From Patescibacteria group bacterium (lineage in GTDB: Bacteria > Patescibacteriota > Patescibacteriia > UBA9934): a stretch of 63,967 nt of DNA. The DNA is taken from positions 1 to 63,967 of the forward strand of contig JBAZUI010000005.1 in NCBI GenBank assembly GCA_041661425.1, read 5' to 3'. Shown one piece after another: positions 43,317 to 54,177 of this stretch (position 1 is its first letter; the number at the start of each line of letters is the position of its first letter). The position numbers and the translations under genes are program-made. The notes under the pieces are model-generated. The model did no database searches and was not told the DNA's origin. It saw nothing but the letters and a program-made list of their open reading frames with translations.

Positions 43317-44978
43317 ATGCGGTTTATGAAACGAATCTTTGCTTTGACGTTTTGTTTTGTGATGCTCGTTCCGGCCATGGCCTGGGCCGTGGAGTCCACA
43401 TCATCAACGTGCGAATGTTTTTGCAAAACAAAGGATGGAGCGGAGAGCCTCGACAATCAAAATTCGAGCGATGAGTGTTATGACGCGTGTAAAAAAAAGG
43501 ACGGATATTCGTTATTGGGATGTTATAAAGATGACGCGGCAAAACCGGAGAATAATTTGCTCTGCTGGACCGAAGAATCATGTACATCAACGGTTTCCGA
43601 AGATGCATTGGGCGCTGCCCGAGTAGAAAACGAAAAAGAAGTGACACTTGAGTGGGGCGGGCAAAATTCAATTTGTCCTTCGGGAAAGGGTTATTGTTAT
43701 AATCCGCCGGAGAATATCAAATTGGGTGTCGCCATTGGCTCGCTCACGGAAGTGGGAAATTTATCAACGTACATCGATGCGGTGTACGGCTTTCTCCTTC
43801 CCGCTGTCTCGCTTTGCGCGGTTGTTCTCTTGATGGTTGCCGGCATGCAGTGGATTACGGCCCTTGGTGATCCCGGGAAGATCAACAAGGCAAAAGAACG
43901 CATTGTGAAATCCGTCTTTGCTCTTCTTTTGGTGTTTGGATCCTATGCCATCGCTTATCTTATTGATCCACGTTTGACGCAAATGGACGCGTTGCGCATT
44001 CCCATGATTCAGCGCGTGGTTTATTTGGATGATACGTCGAGCTGTGAAGGCATTGCGGCAAATAAAGGTGTGACGGTCGAGATGGCGGGGAATAGCAATT
44101 ATTGTGGGGATTCAGGGATTGTTCACATCGAAGAAAATACAACGGTTATTGGCTTAAAAGAAGGCGATTCTTGTTTTTATCAACATTGTTCTGATGCGCG
44201 TCAAGCTTGTGCACAAGTTAGCGGCAATACAGAGGTGACGACCGGCACGACTCAAGAAGTGAGAAAATGGCAGTGCGTTGCGTGTGAAGATATTTATGAA
44301 GATGGACCTATTGGAACAACCCCGAGTGAATCAACTTGCTCGGCTTTATCGAGTTCTCCGGAGATGGAAGCAAAAATTAACTTACTCGATGGCCAATCCT
44401 ATTGTTCCTTTTACGACGGTCTCATTATTGGTGAAGTTGATTCTTGCGTCCGTATTGAATATCCAGCGAATGAAACATTTATCAATTGTCAGGCATTACG
44501 AGCAGATGCTCAGCGCGCGGGGAGCGAAAGTTGTCGCGCCTATGATTTAGTTCTTGGGAGAGTGAATGTCTATGATGGACCAAGCGAAATCGATAATTGG
44601 CGAGGAGACGGTGATGACTATCCTCTCATGCAAGAGATTTGTGAAGGTGACCCGTGTATGCTGGGAGAAAATGGAGGATGTAAAATGATGCGCTACGACG
44701 CCGGGGCGATGGCGGGAATTTGCGGAGGATGGTCGGAATATTTACCGTGGTGTGCGATCACAACAAGTACCGATAAACTTGATTGCGTGGACGCCGGTTA
44801 TTATTCAAAGATGACAGAACTTCTCGAAGTTGATTGGGAGACCTATGTCGTCTCAGGAAATTCTTCTATTCTTTCCTCGATTTCAACCAGCGTCGATGCA
44901 TTAACGAGTGGACCGTCCATCACCGGTGTGACGGCAAGCGGAGCTGTTGGACCGGTCGAATATAATCCAACGTGGTAA
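43317..44978 (+). CDS. Cysteine-rich secreted/membrane protein with a TrbC/VirB2-like (T4SS pilin-type) two-helix core
   Basis: Signal peptide. Core is FLLPAVSLCAVVLLMVAGMQWITALGDPGKINKAKERIVKSVFALLLVFGSYAIAYLI. About 30 Cys counted in the translation. Confidence 0.6.
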   Translation: MRFMKRIFALTFCFVMLVPAMAWAVESTSSTCECFCKTKDGAESLDNQNSSDECYDACKKKDGYSLLGCYKDDAAKPENNLLCWTEESCTSTVSEDALGAARVENEKEVTLEWGGQNSICPSGKGYCYNPPENIKLGVAIGSLTEVGNLSTYIDAVYGFLLPAVSLCAVVLLMVAGMQWITALGDPGKINKAKERIVKSVFALLLVFGSYAIAYLIDPRLTQMDALRIPMIQRVVYLDDTSSCEGIAANKGVTVEMAGNSNYCGDSGIVHIEENTTVIGLKEGDSCFYQHCSDARQACAQVSGNTEVTTGTTQEVRKWQCVACEDIYEDGPIGTTPSESTCSALSSSPEMEAKINLLDGQSYCSFYDGLIIGEVDSCVRIEYPANETFINCQALRADAQRAGSESCRAYDLVLGRVNVYDGPSEIDNWRGDGDDYPLMQEICEGDPCMLGENGGCKMMRYDAGAMAGICGGWSEYLPWCAITTSTDKLDCVDAGYYSKMTELLEVDWETYVVSGNSSILSSISTSVDALTSGPSITGVTASGAVGPVEYNPTW

Positions 44979-45102
44979 TAAAAAAGAGCGGTTCATGATT
45001 CAATGGGCCGCTTTTCTTTTTGTTTTTTTTCGTCGAATATCGAGTCTTGTCATGATGAAGAAAACATGCTATGCTCCCCCAACAAAAATTAGTTAGCAAA
45101 GC

Positions 45103-47949
<2,847 letters not shown>

Positions 47950-48001
47950 CCCCTCATGGAGGGGCCATTTTGAGCGCATGCGCTCTGATCGTTTATTCGA
48001 T

Positions 48002-48442
48002 TTATTTTTGTTCTGTGAGACGTCGATGAAAACGATTGCGGAGGAAGGACAATTTTCCGCGACGAACTTTAAAGGTTTTTACGACTTCGATTTTTTCAAC
48101 AATCGGGGAAGCGAGCGGATAAATTTTTTCAACCATCCAGCCACCGGAATTTTTTTGCACTGTCATCATGCGTGAAGCACCGGCGCCACGAATGTGAAGA
48201 ACAAGCCCTTCAAAAACTTGAATACGCTCGCGCTCTTCGCCTTCGGAGGTGAGATCCTTGATTTTTTCATGTACACGCACGACCATACCAGGCACAATTT
48301 TTTGTGCGGGAATTGGCTGAACTTCAACCGTTGGTTCGGCGACTTCGGAAGTTGCTTCTGGAGCGGTTGCAACTTCGGCAATAGGAGCTTCTGGGGCTGG
48401 AGAAACCACCGGAGCTTGAGGAATGATTTGTTCATCGGTCAT
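48002..48442 (-). CDS. rplS: 50S ribosomal protein L19 with a ~50-aa P/A/E/V-rich N-terminal extension
   Basis: [36 protein letters not shown]. Confidence 0.9.
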   Translation of the reverse strand: MTDEQIIPQAPVVSPAPEAPIAEVATAPEATSEVAEPTVEVQPIPAQKIVPGMVVRVHEKIKDLTSEGEERERIQVFEGLVLHIRGAGASRMMTVQKNSGGWMVEKIYPLASPIVEKIEVVKTFKVRRGKLSFLRNRFHRRLTEQK

Positions 48443-48532
48443 ACAATGGGTTTAGGGCGTGAGAGGAAGAGGATTAAGGTTCTTCATGCGCGCAATTTGG
48501 TGCGAGCAGTGTAGCGAAAATCTCCATTTTCG

Positions 48533-49141
48533 TCAAGAACTTAAGGGTTTTTTGAGATAGTTGGCAATCGAAACCACGGTTTTTTCAAAAACCTCGTGAA
48601 CCGAGAGAGGGGTCGTATTGATGAAGACGTCGAAATTTTTTGGATCGAAGATATCGATGTGATAATAGGTTTGATATCGCGTAATTTCCGATTGTTTCCG
48701 GCGTTCATTGGCGGCTTTTACCTCCTCGAGCGTTTCAAAATGTTCTCGTTTTGGGTTTGTCGAGTCTGCAAGAACTCGTTTTGCACCTTCAAGTGGATCG
48801 ACGGCCAAAAATACACGGATTTTCGGATCAACCACAAAATGCCAACTCGTTCGACCTTCGAAAATTCCACGATTCACTTCTTGCGATCGTTCGTGTTGTT
48901 TGGCGTCCATTTTCCGGTCGAGCTCATCATTTTTTTCTTGTTCTGCGCCGAGCTCCGTGAGAGTGATTCCGCGAGCGATCGCTTCCTCGCGCATAAAATC
49001 TCCAATCGAAATTCGCGGGAGATCGAGCGCTTCAGCAAGATGCGTGGTGAATGTGGATTTTCCTGATCCGATGTCGCCCGAAACGGTAATACGAAGCGGA
49101 TCGATGGTTTTGATAAACGCGAGCGCTTCATAGGTGGTCAT
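48533..49141 (-). CDS. cmk: Cytidylate kinase-like P-loop kinase (type 2 CMK family)
   Basis: ITVSGDIGSGKST P-loop, EGRTSW, and ERRKQSEITRYQTYYHIDIFD. Confidence 0.7.
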   Translation of the reverse strand: MTTYEALAFIKTIDPLRITVSGDIGSGKSTFTTHLAEALDLPRISIGDFMREEAIARGITLTELGAEQEKNDELDRKMDAKQHERSQEVNRGIFEGRTSWHFVVDPKIRVFLAVDPLEGAKRVLADSTNPKREHFETLEEVKAANERRKQSEITRYQTYYHIDIFDPKNFDVFINTTPLSVHEVFEKTVVSIANYLKKPLSS

Positions 49142-50046
49142 AGAGCAAGTGTTGAAAGGTAGTCTTTGAGTTCCTGGGGAAGTGGGGATTCGAAAATCTT
49201 TTTTTCTCCATTTGGGAGGGTGAGTTCAAGAGAACGCGCATGAAGAAAGAGTCGATGAAGCATTTCGGGTTTCTGGTACTTTGGCGCATAAAGTCGATCT
49301 CCCACGACGGGATGCTCGATCGCAAAAAGATGGGCGCGGATTTGATGTGTCCGCCCGGTTTCAATTTCGACATCAAGAAGAGCGTATTGCGCGTATTGGG
49401 TCAGCACCGTGTGGTGCGTGATGGCAGATTTTCCTTCTTGTTGGATCGGGCGAGCGGCCATACGCGCAGAATGTTTTGAACGCGCGATCGCAAGAGTAAT
49501 GGTATCGTTTGGTTTTGAGAATGTTCCTTTTGCAAGAACGGTATAGAATTTTTTAATGTGGTGTGATTTGAATTCCTGTTTGAGGTAATCGAAGGCGGTT
49601 TGCGTCTTGGCGACAACGAGAACCCCGGAAGCGAATTTATCGAGTCGATGCACAATGCCGGGACGATCGGCATGTTCGCCGATTTTTTCGATCTCTGGAT
49701 GAAGGGCAATAATGCCATCAACCACGGTTGATTCGTGACTGGTGGCGGTTTTATGAACAAGGAGCCCGGCGGGTTTATCGATCACCATCAGATCGGCATC
49801 TTCGTAGAGAACGGTCAGAACCGGAGGTTTGAGCGGTTTTGATTCTTTTACTTGAAAAGCCTCTGGGTCGTATGTGATCTCATTTTCGCCATCCACAAGG
49901 AAGTGGGGAGAGCGTTTATAGCCATCCACAAGGATAAAACCGGCTTTTATGGCCTTTTGTGCTTGAGTTCGGCTAATTTCCAAAGAAAGCGCAACAGTCA
50001 CATCGAGCCGGGTGAGTCCATCGATTTTGAGTTTAAGGGGTTGCAT
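49138..50046 (-). CDS. rluD: RluA-family 23S rRNA pseudouridine synthase (RluD-like)
   Basis: S4 domain, HRLDKFASGVLVVAKT, and RTHQIRAH. An alternative GTG start is at 50067. Confidence 0.88.
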   Translation of the reverse strand: MQPLKLKIDGLTRLDVTVALSLEISRTQAQKAIKAGFILVDGYKRSPHFLVDGENEITYDPEAFQVKESKPLKPPVLTVLYEDADLMVIDKPAGLLVHKTATSHESTVVDGIIALHPEIEKIGEHADRPGIVHRLDKFASGVLVVAKTQTAFDYLKQEFKSHHIKKFYTVLAKGTFSKPNDTITLAIARSKHSARMAARPIQQEGKSAITHHTVLTQYAQYALLDVEIETGRTHQIRAHLFAIEHPVVGDRLYAPKYQKPEMLHRLFLHARSLELTLPNGEKKIFESPLPQELKDYLSTLAL

Positions 50047-50125
50047 GGCAAGAGTATGGCATACCACGCTCGCCTTGTAAACGCTTGATTTTCTTTTTGT
50101 TTTTGTGTAGTTTATACTGTTCCAT

Positions 50126-50202
50126 GGGTCTGTAGCTCAGTTGGTTAGAGCGCCGAGCTTATACCTCGGTGGTCGATGGTTCGAGTCCATCCAGACCCAC
50201 CA
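50126..50202 (+). tRNA. tRNA-Ile (anticodon TAT), CCA encoded
   Basis: Manual fold: acceptor GGGTCTG/CAGACCC, anticodon arm CCGAG-CTTATAC-CTCGG, T-arm GATGG-TTCGAGT-CCATC. The body resembles bacterial tRNA-Ile. Confidence 0.85.
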
Positions 50203-50365
50203 GCCTTCGCTTCAGCTATCGCTGAAGCTACGGCTGGCAGGCCATCCTGCCTTCCACCTTCACTAAAGTTACGGTGGATAAAACGGCTGGCAGGCCACCC
50301 TGTCAGCTGAAGCGAAGGCTGTCCTCCGAAGCTCCGAGGCAATGCCGAGGAGCGTAGGAGGACAT
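50203..50365 (+). repeat. Family C tRNA-trailer element (copy 1), starting at the nucleotide after CCA
   Basis: GCCTTCGCTTCAGCTATCGCTGAAGC...CCACCTTCACTAAAGTTACGGTGGATAAAACGG...GCTGAAGCGAAGGCTGTCCTCCGAAGCTCCGAGGC...GGAGGAC. Confidence 0.85.
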
Positions 50366-50416
50366 GAACTGAATTAGTTATTGCCGAAGTTTCCGCTTTT
50401 CATCGATACCGCTTCT

Positions 50417-50587
50417 ATGCCCTACATCACCATCTTATTCTTGTTTCTCGCGGTTTCATTCGGCATCTCTGGGATGCGGAATGGTTCTTCGGATGAAAAA
50501 CGGATGGCGATCATCTTCTTGATCGCGGTTATCGGAACGGGCTTTTTAGATTATGTTGCTTGGACTACAATGAGGGGTGCCGTATGA
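50417..50587 (+). CDS. Small membrane protein (2 TM)
   Basis: ATG at 50417 in track ORF 50381-50587; hydrophobic. ATGA overlap with the next ORF. Confidence 0.45.
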   Translation: MPYITILFLFLAVSFGISGMRNGSSDEKRMAIIFLIAVIGTGFLDYVAWTTMRGAV

Positions 50588-51021
50588 GCACTCTTTTTTG
50601 GTATCAGATTTTGATTGCGCTTTTTCAATTTCCTTTTTTTTGGATTGCAGCCGGGACAATTTTTGCTGTTCTCTGTCTTGCGCAAGGCCGGAAAATTAAA
50701 AAAGCTCTTTTTTCATTTCTTTTTACGTTTGCCACGATTGTGACGTGTTGCGGGAGTGCCTGGACCGGTGGAATGCTTGGAAAAGAGAAGATTTTTTCTT
50801 GTCTTGCGGAGGCACAGGGCGTTGCAGAATCGTTAGCGGCCGTGATTGGCTGTGGCATTTTGGAATACGTGATCGCTTGTGCCATTTGGTTTGTTGCTCT
50901 TCTTGTGATGGGTTTTTTCTTATTGCTCTTGAGTCGGGCGGATAATCAATCCTGGATGAGTGATGCATCGGAAGAAACAGAAGCGAATTTCTCGTTTGAC
51001 ACCAAAGGAAAAATACCGTAA
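50584..51021 (+). CDS. Membrane protein (4 predicted TM)
   Basis: ATG 50584 overlaps the upstream stop; strongly hydrophobic segments. Confidence 0.55.
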   Translation: MSTLFWYQILIALFQFPFFWIAAGTIFAVLCLAQGRKIKKALFSFLFTFATIVTCCGSAWTGGMLGKEKIFSCLAEAQGVAESLAAVIGCGILEYVIACAIWFVALLVMGFFLLLLSRADNQSWMSDASEETEANFSFDTKGKIP

Positions 51022-51046
51022 ACTTTTCCGCGTTCAGAATCTATCC

Positions 51047-51170
51047 GAGAACTTTTCCTTTTGGATGCAGAACAAGGAAGAACCAAGGCTTTTTGTGAGA
51101 CGTACCCAAATGTACGTTGAACAAAAAACGAAGGTTCTGACGAAGCTATGCGCCAAAAGGAGAAGTTCTC
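51047..51170 (+). repeat. Family A structured repeat (variant core), between the membrane-protein gene and tRNA-Val
   Basis: Outer arms GAGAACTTTTCCTTTTGG / CCAAAAGGAGAAGTTCTC. Core GATGCAGAACAAGG...ACGTACCCAAATGTACGT...GACGAAGCTATGCGCC. Confidence 0.8.
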
Positions 51171-51179
51171 TGTAAGTGA

Positions 51180-51256
51180 GGGCGTGTAGCTCAGCTGGTT
51201 AGAGCGTCACATTGACATTGTGAAGGTCAGAGGTTCGAGTCCTCTCACGCCCACCA
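51180..51256 (+). tRNA. tRNA-Val (anticodon GAC), CCA encoded
   Basis: Manual fold: acceptor GGGCGTG/CACGCCC, anticodon arm TCACA-TTGACAT-TGTGA. Confidence 0.93.
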
Positions 51257-51490
51257 GCCTTCGCTTCAGCTATCGCTGAAGCTTCCACCTTCACTAGAGT
51301 TACGGTGGATAAAACGGCTGGCAAGCCATCCTGCTTGTCGGCTGAAGCGAAGGCTGTCCTCCGAAGCTCCGAGGCAACGCCGAGGAGCGTAGGAGGACGC
51401 GAATAGGCCATCAAGTCTGCCATCTCGTCAGTCGGAACGAAGGATGCCCTCCGAAGCCCCGTTTACAGCGGGGCGAAGGAGGGCAGGATT
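51257..51490 (+). repeat. Family C tRNA-trailer element (copy 2), starting at the nucleotide after CCA
   Basis: Same sequence family as 50203-50365 and 40578-40788, with an extended 3' part (CTCGTCAGTCGGAACGAAGGATG...). Confidence 0.85.
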
Positions 51491-51526
51491 TCATGAAAAC
51501 TTTCTGTTAACGAAGACTATTCGGAT

Positions 51527-51769
51527 ATGTTTTTTGTGTATATTATTCAAAGCATGATTGACCGAGATCAATTTTATACTGGTTTTACTGATGACATTGA
51601 AAATCGAATAACGAAACATAATAAAGGTGACTCGTTTCATACAAAAAAATACAGGCCATGGAAATTACTTTTCTATAGTGCTTTTGAAGAAAAGAAAAAG
51701 GCTCTTTGTTTCGAAAAGTATCTAAAAACAGGATCAGGTATAGCTTATAAGAGAAAACATTTCATCTAG
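51527..51769 (+). CDS. Stand-alone GIY-YIG nuclease-domain protein
   Basis: FVYIIQS..QFYTGFT (GIY..YIG), R..KHN, and an 80-aa size typical of the UPF0213-type. Confidence 0.75.
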   Translation: MFFVYIIQSMIDRDQFYTGFTDDIENRITKHNKGDSFHTKKYRPWKLLFYSAFEEKKKALCFEKYLKTGSGIAYKRKHFI

Positions 51770-51801
51770 AATTTGCGAAGACTTTTTTATAATTACAAAC
51801 C

Positions 51802-51830
51802 TTGACTTTTTCCAAAAAATTTGCTAATTT
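51802..51830 (+). promoter_or_regulatory. Sigma70-type promoter in front of the GC-rich three-gene cassette
   Basis: TTGACT-17 nt-TAATTT. GGGAGG Shine-Dalgarno lies before ATG 51890. Confidence 0.55.
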
Positions 51831-51889
51831 TTGAGTGCTTCTGAAGCGAAGAATAGTGTCTAAATTTTCATTCCACCGGGAGGTGAGAG

Positions 51890-52093
51890 ATGCGGTTTCG
51901 GTACCCGGAGATCGAGGTTCGTTTCGAGCGAAGGCTCACGGAGCTCATTTTCGATGGGCACTGCTATGGCGATGCTCATGACCTTGCGAAGGAGGAGTTC
52001 GCGCGGGCCGAGGCCGAGTACGAGCGTCGGCGGGCCGAGGAGAAGATCGTGGCGGAATCCGCCGCGATTGTGCTCGTGCCCGCGGAGGCCTGA
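51890..52093 (+). CDS. Hypothetical 67-aa protein (GC-rich cassette, gene 1)
   Basis: Shine-Dalgarno GGGAGGTG plus ATG; G/C-rich third codon positions. Confidence 0.55.
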   Translation: MRFRYPEIEVRFERRLTELIFDGHCYGDAHDLAKEEFARAEAEYERRRAEEKIVAESAAIVLVPAEA

Positions 52094-52094
52094 G

Positions 52095-52331
52095 ATGACC
52101 CGCCGCGATCGTGCGCGGGCGATCCTACTGGATGTCCTGCTCGAGACCTCGGGTCTTCTCTCGAGACTCGAGTGCCCCATGAACGCCGCGGAGTTTGCAA
52201 TCGTGCAGCGCCTTCGGGACTTCCGCGTCCATGGTGTCTGGGTTGCGATCTGCGACAAGACGCTCATGGCCGTGGCCGAGATCTGGTTCGGGACCGAGTG
52301 CCGATCCGTGATCGTCGAGATCGGCCTCTAG
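52095..52331 (+). CDS. Hypothetical 78-aa protein (GC-rich cassette, gene 2)
   Basis: ATG lies 1 nt after the gene-1 stop (TGAGATG), suggesting tight coupling. Confidence 0.5.
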   Translation: MTRRDRARAILLDVLLETSGLLSRLECPMNAAEFAIVQRLRDFRVHGVWVAICDKTLMAVAEIWFGTECRSVIVEIGL

Positions 52332-52410
52332 TGTTCTTCGTCCGCGTCGCCATCTGGCTGACGCGGGTCGTGCTGAGTGCAGAAAGAAAATTATGCATTG
52401 AGTACGACAG

Positions 52411-52620
52411 ATGGAGGAAATCGTGAATCGAATTTATCGGGAAGTTGTGGCGGTGTTTTATGCCGAATGTCTCGGACGTCACCTGCAGGCCGGATATTCG
52501 TGCGATCGTGCGGAGTCGATTGCAGAAAACGAAGCGAAGTACCTCTCCAGAGCTATCCTCGATGGCTTGATCATCATTCATATTTCCGTGGCGAGGAATC
52601 TCGAATGTCCTTATCACTAA
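52411..52620 (+). CDS. Hypothetical 69-aa protein (GC-rich cassette, gene 3; weakly resembles gene 1)
   Basis: The ORF is followed by hairpin GCCTCG..CGAGGC plus a T-run. An alternative GTG start at 52423 follows GGAGGA. Confidence 0.5.
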   Translation: MEEIVNRIYREVVAVFYAECLGRHLQAGYSCDRAESIAENEAKYLSRAILDGLIIIHISVARNLECPYH

Positions 52621-52659
52621 AACAAGGCCTCGTCGACGTATCGGCGAGGCTCCTGTGTT

Positions 52660-54141
52660 TTATTTTTCACTTTGATATTTTTTTGCCATCTCCTCGGCTT
52701 GTGGTGGTGTTTGGATTTTTCCAGCAAGTTGCGCATCCCGAATGGCATCGAGGACTTCGCGGTAGAGTGGGCCCGGGGGAATTCCCATTTCCTTCAGATG
52801 GGAGCCAGAAAGAAGTCGTGGCAGACGATCCTTTGAACCTTGAAGCTCGGCCATGCCGATCATGGCTTCGCGAATGCGTTTGGCAATGAGCAATCGTTCA
52901 CGCGCAACTCCATGTTGATCGCGAGCAATGTGGGTGGCGTGCATGAGCATTAAAAGATTCCGTCCGCGATCGGAAAGGAACATGGATTCGAATTTTGATG
53001 GTCGCATGGTTGCAGGATCGATCATTTGAAAATCATGAAGATGCTCCAGGAGCCAGAATAATTCCTCGCAAGAAATATTGGCATGATGATGGCGAGAAAA
53101 TTGATGAAAATAATAATCCTCGCAAATACGAATGGCCGTTGTGGAAACGGAATCCTCCAAGAAAGAGAAAAGCCCGGCTAAAAGAAGGGTTGGGGATGCG
53201 TGTTTCACTCCATAGGAAGCAAGAAAAGTCGGCTTTTCGAGTGTCTGGAGCGTTTGAAATGTTTTTTGGAGAATGGATTCGCGATCATCTTCGAGCATGT
53301 TCTCAAGTGCCGCGAGTTCGGGCATGAACAAGTGGAGCGCTCGGCTTTCAAGCCAAAGACGAATCGTGTGCACGGGATGCGCCACAAATCCAAGCAAAAA
53401 TTCCCGACCGATCATTTCGCGCGGAATCACGTAGATGTGTTTTCCGTGTTCATTGAGTGTGGTGTTCTGCAAGAGATTGAGGTTCGCTTTGAGTGCGCGC
53501 CACGTGAGTTCCTCAATGCCAAAATTCAATTGACTGGCAAGACGAAGCGCCCGAAGCATGCGCGTGGCATCTTCGGCAAAACGTTGTTCCGGAAGAAGCA
53601 CCGCACTGAGCGTTGCGGCAGACAGATCTTGCAAGCCAAGAAAAGGATCAATAAGTCGATGTTCGCGTAATTCATACGCCATGGCGTTCACGGTGAAATC
53701 GCGTCGTGATAAATCTTCTTTAATGGGGAGATCGGCATCAAAACGAACATCCAAGCTTTTTCTTCCAGCAGTGTGAAAGGTGGGGTCAAAGAGATGTTCT
53801 TTTCGCGGAAGGGCGATATCAATGGGCAGACGACTCGTACATCCGTGAGGAACAAATTTGAATGTCCCAAAGCGCCCAACGAATTCCGCAGCGCCATGTT
53901 GCAAAAGCCAACGCTCAAGAATGGGCGGTTCGACATGACGAATCACTAAATCAATATCTTGCGGCAATCGACCGAGCAAAACATCTCGAAGCGTACCGCC
54001 GACCAGAAAAATTTCCGCCTGCGGAAAATGAGAATAAAAAAGCGCGGTCCACGTGAGCCGTGGCTCGCTCTCGAGATAAAGAGAGATCCGCTCCTCCGGA
54101 GGGATGCTCTGCGACGCATAATGCACGAGCATGGTTTCCAT
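52660..54141 (-). CDS. cca: CCA-adding enzyme / poly(A) polymerase-family tRNA nucleotidyltransferase
   Basis: LVGGTLRDVLLGR..DIDLV and RRDFTVNAM motifs. Confidence 0.85.
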   Translation of the reverse strand: METMLVHYASQSIPPEERISLYLESEPRLTWTALFYSHFPQAEIFLVGGTLRDVLLGRLPQDIDLVIRHVEPPILERWLLQHGAAEFVGRFGTFKFVPHGCTSRLPIDIALPRKEHLFDPTFHTAGRKSLDVRFDADLPIKEDLSRRDFTVNAMAYELREHRLIDPFLGLQDLSAATLSAVLLPEQRFAEDATRMLRALRLASQLNFGIEELTWRALKANLNLLQNTTLNEHGKHIYVIPREMIGREFLLGFVAHPVHTIRLWLESRALHLFMPELAALENMLEDDRESILQKTFQTLQTLEKPTFLASYGVKHASPTLLLAGLFSFLEDSVSTTAIRICEDYYFHQFSRHHHANISCEELFWLLEHLHDFQMIDPATMRPSKFESMFLSDRGRNLLMLMHATHIARDQHGVARERLLIAKRIREAMIGMAELQGSKDRLPRLLSGSHLKEMGIPPGPLYREVLDAIRDAQLAGKIQTPPQAEEMAKKYQSEK

Positions 54142-54177
54142 GCGGACATTATAGCAAAGATTCCTCCAAAATTCCGA

